The notes: generated by a model not told the origin, from the sequence alone. A stretch of DNA of 23,107 nucleotides from Octopus sinensis (GCF_006345805.1 NW_021836695.1:1-23107); one strand, 5' to 3'; positions 1 through 9,029 are shown, counted from the first letter of the stretch. Numbers and translations: made by a program.

Positions 1-450
1 ATTATTTAACAAAAGAAATAATAAGAAAAATATATATATATATAAATATATGTAAATTATAAGCTTACAAATTTTATTTTATCGTTTCTTTTACAAATTA
101 CCTCCCTTGGGATATACTCTCCAGTTTTAAAGTTTTATCCTTTTGACTAATCGTTTCTCCAACCTGTCAACTCAGATCTACATCAAAGGTTTCAGTCTAT
201 GTTTTTTAATATTTCTATTTAAATTCTTTCTTTAGTTTTTTTTTTATTGATATTTTTTTTGCTTTATTTTTTTTTATTTTTTCTGTTATGTTTTTATTAA
301 GCGGAATGGAAATATTTTTTTGAAGTTTCTATTTTTGAATATAACTTTTTTTTTGTTCGTCTTATTTATTGCCTCGGTTTTCTTTCTTTTATTTAAAGCG
401 TCGTAACCGTATAAGCATTTTACTTCGAATTGTATGAATTGTACTTTCTA

Positions 451-735
451 TTACATACAATATATAAATAGACACATACATACATTTATATAATATATAG
501 ATATATGTGTGTGTATATATATATATATATATACATATATATGTATATACATATATATGTATATACATATATATGTATATACATATATATATATAGATAG
601 ATAGATAGATGTGTGTGATTTATGTATGTATGTGATAATATATATGTATGTATAAGCATATATTAGTGTATTAGTGTATCCATAGAGATGTATATATATA
701 TCACATACATAATACAAGTACATATATGCACACAC

Positions 736-781
<46 letters not shown>

Positions 782-804
782 ATTATAATATATATATATA
801 TATC

Positions 805-838
<34 letters not shown>

Positions 839-840
839 AA
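451..840. repeat. Compound microsatellite block (TA)n/(TATG)n/(CTAT)n
   Basis: Directly visible di- and tetranucleotide runs; the YIYI-type ORF here is an artefact. Confidence 0.95.
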
Positions 841-1355
841 AGTAGTTTGGAATGATTATCCTAGTATGGATAATTCGGTAACGATACCCGGGTAGCCAAT
901 CACGTTAGAAAACACGGTTGAAGCTACATGCCACGTATGCAGTTATATACATACACACACATAGGCACTCAATCTCATTAGCAAAAGCAAACAACAACAC
1001 ATCACCATACATACAACTTACACCCTGTCACCTTCTTATTCTTAGAGCTCTCCCCTTCCAACCTTTTTTGAACTCTTGAACTTTCTAGAATCTTCTCCAT
1101 TCAACCGATTTTGACGTCACTGCTTATAACGGAATATTTTAAAGAAACACTCATTATCACTTTGGACTCTGTGTGGGCAGTCATCTAAAAGTTTTTGTTC
1201 GTCATGACGCTGACATAAGTTCCTTGTCTTTCCTGATGAGAAGGCGGCATACTGCACCCCTTATTCCTTCGGAATTAGGAATATGCAGTCTTCGAAACAT
1301 ATGTCGAGAATAAAGGAATTTTGTTAAATCGTCGTTCGACTCCATTCTCTCATTT
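841..1355 (+). mobile_element. Probable Penelope-like element 3' tail/pLTR remnant carrying a hammerhead
   Basis: Non-repetitive island between (TA)n tracts, ending ~40 nt after a complete type I hammerhead whose stem III is palindromic, the arrangement known for PLE pLTRs. No coding remnant was recognised and the 5' boundary is uncertain. Confidence 0.5.
1220..1318 (+). ncRNA. Type I hammerhead ribozyme, canonical core
   Basis: Stem I TTCCTT-gtc-TTTC (1220-1232) pairs with GAGA-ata-AAGGAA (1306-1318). Core CTGATGA is at 1233-1239. Stem II GAAGGC/GTCTTC (1240-1245/1288-1293) is extended by GCATA/TATGC and a further hairpin. GAAA is at 1294-1297, followed by palindromic stem III ACATATGT. The GUC cleavage triplet ends at 1305. 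Confidence 0.85.
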
Positions 1356-1418
1356 ATATATATATATATATGTATATATAGATAGTTGGATAGATGTGTG
1401 TGTATTATGTATGTATGT

Positions 1419-1466
<48 letters not shown>

Positions 1467-2053
1467 AATGATATATTAGTGTATTAGTGTATCTTCATAG
1501 ATGTGTATATATTATTTTACATAAATACACACAAGCATATTGAAGTGTGTATCTATCACCACACAGCGATATCCATGTATGCACATCAGTATGTTGTATA
1601 TCACTGCGTGTATATGACTGTGTGCGAGTCTTCCTTTGTATGTGTGTTTCTGTTTGCGTTTGTACTTTTGTACATATATATATCTTTCTTATAAGAATTT
1701 GTATAAAAACATCTCTATCCGTTATTTAAATATTTAAGAAGCCAAACAGTCATTAGAGGTCATTTAAATGACGTACCAGACCCTGTCTTTACGCTCATTT
1801 TTTTTCTCTTACTGCTGTTCTTTAATTAAAACACTGACCAGATCCATCCGTGACTATCCTACTTTTTTCCAGACTATATATTTAGAAACATGTTTCACAA
1901 TGTCTTCATTGTAAGACGTCATGGTGTCATATGAGGAGAATTATTTTCATTGATTGTTTAGGCAATTAGTGCAATTCATGTGCCTAATTCCCAAGTAAAA
2001 CAGCCAGTAAAACGTGGCAGGGGAGATAACCGAATGCTTGTTTCTTTGTATAG

Positions 2054-2175
2054 GTCAACGTCAGTTGGTAAAAAAGATGAGAGTAGTTTATGGAATGGCT
2101 GATCGGAATACTCACAGCAGTTTAAAGTTTCCTAAGCTCAACACGCAAGACGAGAGTCTAGCTCTTGAGTTTCTG
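2054..2175 (+). CDS. Internal exon of an unidentified host protein-coding gene (122 nt, phase 1 to phase 0)
   Basis: Acceptor tttctttgtatAG|G at 2053/2054 and donor CTG|GTGAGT at 2175/2176. Only one of three frames is open: QRQLVKKMRVVYGMADRNTHSSLKFPKLNTQDESLALEFL. The protein family was not recognised. Confidence 0.65.
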
Positions 2176-2222
2176 GTGAGTTTATGTTGCACGTCGCCGA
2201 TTGAAACTGTCGTAACAATAAA

Positions 2223-2297
<75 letters not shown>

Positions 2298-2871
2298 ATA
2301 TATATATACTCTTTTTCTTTTACTCTTTTACTTGTTTCGGTCATTGACTGCGGCATGCTGCAGCACGCCTTTAGTCGAGCAAATCGACCCCGACTTATTC
2401 TTTGTAAGCCCAGTACTTATTTCTATCGGTCTCTTTTGCCCGAACCGCTAAGTTACGGGGACGTAAATACACCACCATCGGTTGTAAGCAATGCTAGGGG
2501 GACAAAACACAGACACGCAAACACACAAATAATATATATGAGTACATATATAGACAGGCTTCTTTCAGTTCCGTCTACCAAATCCACTCACAAGTCATTG
2601 GTCGGCCCGGGGCTATAGCAGAAGACATTGCCCAAGATGCCACGCAGTGGGACTGAACCCGGAACCATGTGGTTGGTTACTAAGCTACTTTATTTCAAAA
2701 CATTTGCCATAAAGGTACACAGTAGTACACAGATTAAGTTAGCTTTGCGGGTGGACGAGGACATTAATGAGGTGAATGATAACGAAAGAGAAAGATGATA
2801 AGGATGGGAGAAGACAGAAAGTGCCGCCGACTTTTGCTTCTCTAAAACATTTTCTTTTTAAAAAGATAAAC

Positions 2872-2996
2872 ACAAAACGAGGTATTAAACCTCTTACAAT
2901 TTTTCCAATTTTGGGGCTTAGCAGTCCATTATTAATACAAAACGGGTATTATCCTCTTACAATTTTTCAATTTTTGGACTTAAGTCCATTACTAAT
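2872..2996. repeat. Two-copy ~62-65 bp tandem duplication in the element 3'UTR
   Basis: ACAAAACGAGGTATTAAACCTCTTACAATTTTTCC...GTCCATTATTAAT (2872-2936) is followed by ACAAAACGGGTATTATCCTCTTACAATTTTTC...GTCCATTACTAAT (2937-2996). Confidence 0.9.
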
Positions 2997-3041
2997 AATA
3001 CATATCGTCCTCGAAATAGCTTGTGCCCGCGCCCTCCACCA

Positions 3042-4232
3042 TCAACCACGCCTCCCTCGAACGTAGTCAAGTTCCGAGTTCGCGTCGACCGGGACCAAGT
3101 CATAATCTTCATTGAGCTCCTTTAGCCCTAGCGTCACGTCGAACGCCACGGCCTCCACAGCTACCTGCGGAGGCCATTCGGGTCCTGTGTGAAGGCTTAA
3201 AGGTGCTCCCTTGTAGTGCTCTTCCATCCCTTTTTCAATTTCTCCTCCTCTATAGAAGAGGACCAATACATTCAGTTCTTTCTTTGGCGGCACAGTTCCG
3301 CCAACGGTATTCCTTCTCTGTCGGTGGCACAACCCCAACCGACGTAGTTCCGCGACATTCCGGTGCTACACTGACAGCCGGTAATGTCCCATTTTTCTTC
3401 CTCTTTTTCTTTTTTTTCCCTTTTTCAACTGAGGGAGGGTGCGTCTCCTCCGTGGCTGGAAGATTCGCCTTCCTCTCCTCATCCCTATTATCCTTTGGTG
3501 AGCACCCATTGTTGCTCACCTTCCTCTTTCGGCCTCTGTTTGAGGAGTCCTCTGCTTTCTCGGCCGTTATCGTTCCCTCTTCTAGAGGGGTTTTACTTAA
3601 CTGTTCCGGGATCCTATTTTGTTCCCGAGGACAGTTCTTCTTTATGTGGCCGGACTCCAAGCACCGATGACACTTAGGGGGGCGACCCTCAAGCATCACC
3701 GGGTACCTGCACCCGGCCATTTTCAAAAAATCTGGAAGAACCAGATTGGCTGATTGGGTCCACAGGGTCAAAATTGCTTTCGACCCAACCCAAGCAGCCG
3801 CAGGAAGAACTTTTACATTGAGGAGCTTAGTTTCGCTGTCACCCAGACCCCGGCGGATAGTCCCCTCTATCCACTCGGGTTCTATGTCGGGTGGCAGTCC
3901 ACAGATCCAGGCTTTCATAAATTTCTTTTTTTTGTACGTGGGCAGGAATAAGATTTCCTTACCCTCCAAGGGTTTGCTAGCAAATTTGCAAGCCTCTTCA
4001 GAGGTGTCAAATAGCAACCACACCGTTGCATATTTGACACCCCTGGAAATGAATTTAATTGTTGGCAAATACTCTTCCAACTCCTCCTCAATTGCCGTCT
4101 TTTCGAATAGGGCGATGGTGTCAAGTGCCTTGGAGTAGGTTCTCAACACCACCGTCCTATCTTCACGGTCTTTTAACCACTTTTTGGGTGGTATGATTTC
4201 CCACTCCAAAATTTGTTATTTTTCATTGCCAT
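3042..4232 (-). pseudogene. Gag-like ORF1 (RRM-like N-terminal half, CCHC zinc knuckle, basic tract), two frameshifts
   Basis: CHRCLESGHIKKNC fits CX2CX4HX4C, followed by the basic tracts RGRKRK and KKKKKRKK. The ATG at 4232 (MAMKNNK) is out of frame with the 3250-4209 frame. A protein-like C-terminus continues in the 3042-3338 frame. Confidence 0.85.
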
Positions 4233-4965
4233 GTTTTTTTTAAAATATATTCAAATTAAACTCAAAAGCAGGAAGAAAAAGTTCAAAAGTCTAAATAAAT
4301 TTGATAGATTTTGAAAAAACAAAAAGGAGAAGCACAACAGAAGGGAAGAAATTAACGGAAAGTCGCAATAAAGAAAAAAACAAAAGGGGGGGGGGGTTAA
4401 ATGAAGTTCAAAAGAAAGTTAATAAACAGAAAAAACACAGCAAAAATATTCTGGCCTTGCGGTACTCCCGGCCTGGGTTGAACCTGGAACGCCGCAACTG
4501 CAACACAACCTCCACAAAAATGGGTCCGAAAGGTAATCCAATAGTGGCTTATTTTTATACTTTTCTTGCGAAGTACTCTGACAAGGAATAATTCAGCAAA
4601 CCAAACACAGCACTGGCTACCGCCAACGGTAATTTTAACAGTAACTGTATTGAATTCTGAGAATACGCCCCTCCACTGTTTTTTCTTTTTTTTTTTTCAA
4701 TGAAACAAAAACGGCAGCCGCCTAGCGCAGGCGAAATTGTCTCAGAGTTGGATACAACCTACTGAAATAATAATTGGCACGCAATAAATTATGCCCAACT
4801 CACAATAAACAAAATCACTTACCTCGACAACTTTCCGTTTTTGGTCTTTTTTCTTTAGTTGGACAGAGCTTGTTACTCATGTCCACTCTAGCTCAACAGG
4901 AAGCAACCGACTAACTGCGCATGTGTGGTTAGCAAAGCTACTTACCACACAGCCACTCCTACGCC

Positions 4966-5011
<46 letters not shown>

Positions 5012-5360
5012 GGGAGAGTTTACGAAAAAAGCAAAAGACGAAGACAGGTGGTGTACAAAACAAACAGATGTATTAGTATAAGGCTTAGGAATAGAAAAAA
5101 GTCTTTTACGTTTCGAGCCTACGCTCTTCCACAGAAAGGGACACAGGAAAAACAAGGAGAGAAACAGAGAGAGAAAAAAATGTGTGTAGTGGCTAAGGAT
5201 CTATCATGGCGACTATATATATACATATATATATATGCTAAGATAATTTTAGCATTTTCTATTTTTGACTTGTTTTTTCATATATATCAACTCGTGTGTT
5301 CCTTCCACCCTTTACATAATATATATAGATATAATATATATATATATATAAATATCTATC

Positions 5361-5395
<35 letters not shown>

Positions 5396-5527
5396 TATGT
5401 ATATATAAAATATCAAATGTTGTATTATACAAGCGCATCTTATTTGCTTCCCTTTGCAGGAAGCATGTGAAGTATTAAAAATTCATTATGAACTAATCAT
5501 ATTATTTATTTATATTAAATACATACA

Positions 5528-5561
<34 letters not shown>

Positions 5562-5611
5562 ATATTATTACAAAATATAACATATCTATATATATATATA
5601 CATATGCATAC

Positions 5612-5669
<58 letters not shown>

Positions 5670-6436
5670 TGTATTAGGGAAAATAAAGCCTTGCGTCGTA
5701 GTTTAGGTGATATATGGGTATTAATCCATATATTGTGTATATATATATATATATATATATATAGTTACATATATTTATTTATACGTGCGCCATTGTGGGC
5801 GCGTGTATGTGTTTGTATCTATATTTGCGTGCACGCGATAAACCGAGCATTGTAATGACTCTATGTAAACTATAAAGAAATTATTTTCAGAAGTCTGTGG
5901 GGACATTGTGCGCTACTAATAATATCCATCAACCATTTAGTAATCGCCGACGAAAACGTATTCGATAGTCATGTCTTTCTATAAAGGACATCAAAGAATC
6001 AAACATCCTTCCAGTTAATTATTCGCAATGCAGGTAATACAATTCCATTGTTACTTCAAAAATAAATGACCTCCGCTCCCGACCTCTTCCCGTTACTTCA
6101 AAAACTATCTATCACCGAGTAATTACCAGCTCTTACACTGGTGTTTTCTCGGGTTTTGTTTCTTTTCTATAATACTGTATGACCTTCGTAGATCTGTGAA
6201 TATACGAATAATTGACGATGTCATATATTTATTTTTTGACGGTCCACCACCACCAAATACCACCACCACCACTACCAACACACATTGGATTGAAGAGAAA
6301 CAAACATATATTTGTACTATTCATTATTCCGTATTTTCCTAGTATATATTATCCATTACTTTACTAATCTACGTTGTGGTTCACGTTATTCACCAAGCAA
6401 TCAAGATATATGCACCTATTCATCTGTCTATCTATA

Positions 6437-6481
<45 letters not shown>

Positions 6482-6655
6482 GCTTAGAGAAGAAGAAGAA
6501 ACGAATCGAAACGAATCGAATCGAATTGACGCGAGGGCGCTCAGTCATACAATAGTGTAATAAATAAAATACATGCATACATACATACATATATGTACGT
6601 ACCTACATCTACATGTATATATACATGCATATACAAATATATATACGTGAGTACA

Positions 6656-7076
6656 GGACACCACAATTAGACGTAGAACTAAACGAGAAACGAAAAACGA
6701 AAACGAAAAAGTAAAAACAAGCAGGGACCGGACCATTTTTAAAAAAACGAAAAAACAGGGTACAAGACAAACTACACAGAAAAAATCCCCTTCATCAGCT
6801 GTCTCTAGTTCAACTCCAGCGTGTTTCGAAGGTAGGACAGGACACGTCTCGTTGAACTAGTCCTTCCTGCGAAGGAATTAAATAAAAATCCTTCGCAGAG
6901 GGGCAAAAACAAGGAAAAAAATTTTTTTGACAAAAACAGGACGTAAAAACAATACAGTTAAAACAAATACAAAATAAAAATACAATTACAAAAAAATACA
7001 GTACAAGCAGGAATAAGAAACAGGACAGGAAAAAAGCAATAAGGGCCTATAGGCCTACACGAGGGAAAATTATATG
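6656..7076 (-). mobile_element. 421-bp non-coding insertion with a 12-bp flanking direct repeat, containing a hammerhead-like motif (PLE/retrozyme-like)
   Basis: TACGTGAGTACA occurs at 6644-6655 and 7077-7088. The minus strand is T-rich. Internal hairpins are CTGCGAAGGA/TCCTTCGCAG and CTAGTTCAAC/GTTGAACTAG. Part of the direct repeat could be element sequence rather than TSD. Confidence 0.6.
6786..6860 (-). ncRNA. Hammerhead-like motif with non-standard strand order
   Basis: The minus strand reads CGTGTC|CTGTC-cta-CCTTC-GAAACACG-ctggagttgaactaga-GACAG-CTGATGA-a-GGGGA. Stem III (CGTGT/ACACG) and stem I (CTGTC/GACAG) are perfect and abut the core motifs. Stem II is weak, with two G-U pairs. Confidence 0.55.
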
Positions 7077-7113
7077 TACGTGAGTACATATATATATATG
7101 TATATATATATAT

Positions 7114-7232
7114 GCGCAGGAGTGGCTGTGCGGTAAGTAGCTTGCTTACCAGTCACATGGAACCTTGGGCAAGTGTCTTCTACTATAGTCCCGGACCGAC
7201 CAAAACCATTGGAATGGATTTGATGGACGGAA
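7114..7232 (+). mobile_element. tRNA-derived SINE 5' fragment with B-box region deleted
   Basis: GCGCAGGAGTGGCTGTGCGGTAAGTAGCTTGC head. CACATGG joins directly to AACCTTGGGCAAG, skipping the B-box segment present in the 2309-2690 copy. Confidence 0.85.
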
Positions 7233-7270
7233 TCGGAAAGATATATAATACAGAAGGTGTGTTTTAATAT

Positions 7271-7530
7271 GTTACGGGAACACAAACACACCAACACTGG
7301 TTTCAGGCGGTGGTGGAGCGGAGCAAACACAAACACAAAGACACACAGACACACACGTATATGTATGTGTGTGTATATACGACGGGCTCATTTCAGTCTA
7401 CCAAATTCTCCCATAAGGCTTCGGCCGGCCCGAAGCTATACTAGAAACCACTTGCTCAAGGGGCCACGCAGCGGGACTCAACTGAGAACGATGTAGTTGG
7501 AAAGCAGGCTTCTTACCACAGAGCCACACC
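7271..7530 (-). mobile_element. tRNA-derived SINE, same family, opposite orientation
   Basis: Collinear with 2452-2690 plus 4944-4966; the head lies at 7530. Confidence 0.85.
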
Positions 7531-7637
7531 TATATAAAACTTACTTGGAAATGGATGCGTGACGTTAGGGAGAGAATGAGAGAGAGGGGGGAGAAATTTA
7601 ATGAAAGTAAGAGAGAGTGATAACGGTTCAATTTTTC

Positions 7638-7684
7638 AAAACTGTCCGACGAACGGGAACGTGAAACTCCGAGTAACAGGTTTT
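7638..7684 (+). ncRNA. Minimal type I hammerhead with U4C core (CCGACGA)
   Basis: Stem I is AAAACTGT/ACAG-g-TTTT. The core CCGACGA is at 7646-7652. Stem II ACG/CGT is closed by a GGAA (GNRA) loop. GAAA is at 7663-7666 and stem III is the near-palindrome ACTCCGAGT. The GUA triplet ends at 7675. Confidence 0.7.
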
Positions 7685-7786
7685 GTTGAATTTCTGCTGC
7701 TTTTAAACAAAGCATATTACTCTACCCCTGGTATTTGAGTACTCTTTTTCTCCACCTTGTTTCACATTTATGTGTTTACTCCGGTA

Positions 7787-7789
<3 letters not shown>

Positions 7790-7842
<53 letters not shown>

Positions 7843-8364
7843 TAGTTTTGCCTGCATGTCTGTCTATATGTATGTATATATATATATTCTTTCTGGCATG
7901 TTCCTATAACTTTTAATGGAAAGAAAAAATAATATGGTTATACTAGAAATACTTTGAGAAGCACGTCACATTGTGAAATAAATAAATAAATAAATAAATA
8001 TGTAAAGAATGTTTCTTGTCATGGGTATGACTGACGAAAAAATACTGGAATAGATCCAGATAAACACACGTATAGATAAACATAGATATTTATGCATGCA
8101 TATACAGAGGTGTGTACATAGATGCATATATATGTCTATATACATATACATATACATATGCATATATATACATACATGCATATATACGTACATTCATTCA
8201 TACATATATATACACACACACATATCTATCTATCTATCTATCTATCTTCTATCTATATATATATATATTATATATATATATGTATATATAAATACACACA
8301 TATATATATATATATATCTATATCTATATGTATATATTATATATATATATATATATAATTATAT

Positions 8365-8400
<36 letters not shown>

Positions 8401-8770
8401 ATATATATTCATATATATATATATAATATATATATATATTCAAGGTGAGAAACAGCATATCTGTTTTATTCATACATGCTTGTATGAGACGATATTTTTT
8501 TTGTTTACACGACCGCGTGTCTGCGAATGTCTGCGAATGTCTGAATGTCGTGTATATCTGAAGTTCCAACGATGACTGAGTGTATAATAAGCATGTCTAC
8601 TATATTGTAAATTATATATACACCTACGTGTGTGTACGTGTGTGTGTCTGTGCGTGTGTGTGCGTGTGTGTGTACGTGTACGTACGTATGCATGTATGTA
8701 TATATGTAAGCGTATAGACATGCATATATAGGTGCTTATATCTGCGTCTGTGAGTATTTGTACACACACG
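7790..8770. repeat. Microsatellite-rich block (TA, TAAA, TATC, TG)
   Basis: Directly visible. Confidence 0.9.
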
Positions 8771-9029
8771 TATATGACGAATGACAGTGCCTACCGCTAC
8801 AAAGAGGGCTATTTAAAGAGACCCAAATATAATAGAAGATATCGTTGATTGACCTCAATCATGGAATCGATATATCGATTCCAGTATATGACATGATACG
8901 ACTGCGTCTATATCATCTACCTGTGTTATATACATTTGTCTGTCCTATCACTCTCTCTTACTTTCATTAAATTTCTCCCCCCCCCTCTCTCTCTCTCCCT
9001 AACGCCACGCATCGATTTCCAAGTAAGTT

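Larger units (their letters stand above)
2691..4919 (-). mobile_element. ORF1-only non-LTR retroelement of L1/Tx1 type (half-L1-like)
   Basis: Flanked by an imperfect duplication of the SINE target: TGGTTACTAAGCTACTT (2674-2690) and TGGTTAGCAAAGCTACTT (4926-4943), possibly extending to CATGTG. It has a ~690-nt 5'UTR, a gag-like ORF and a ~350-nt 3'UTR ending TTTGAAATA-AA at the junction. No endonuclease or RT sequence was recognised, and no poly(A) tract is visible. Confidence 0.75.
2309..4966 (-). mobile_element. tRNA-derived SINE split by a 2.2-kb insertion (body 2309-2690, head 4944-4966)
   Basis: On the minus strand the head AGGCGTAGGAGTGGCTGTGTGGTAAGTAGCTT contains an A box, and the B box GGTTCAGTCC lies in the left piece. 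The body matches the copies at 7271-7530 and 15630-16145. Confidence 0.85.

Noticed and set aside
3203-4138. + strand ORFs of 155, 97, 130 and 65 aa
   Set aside because: Antisense shadows of the gag-like ORF1 with no independent motifs.
4455-4510. B-box-like GGTTCAACCC on the minus strand in the element 5'UTR
   Set aside because: The flanks do not form a T-stem and no A box is at a suitable distance.
8031-8072. CTGACGA...CTGGA/TCCAG...TAAAC-ACAC-GTA hammerhead look-alike
   Set aside because: G12 is replaced by T, stem II is detached from the core, and there is no credible stem I.
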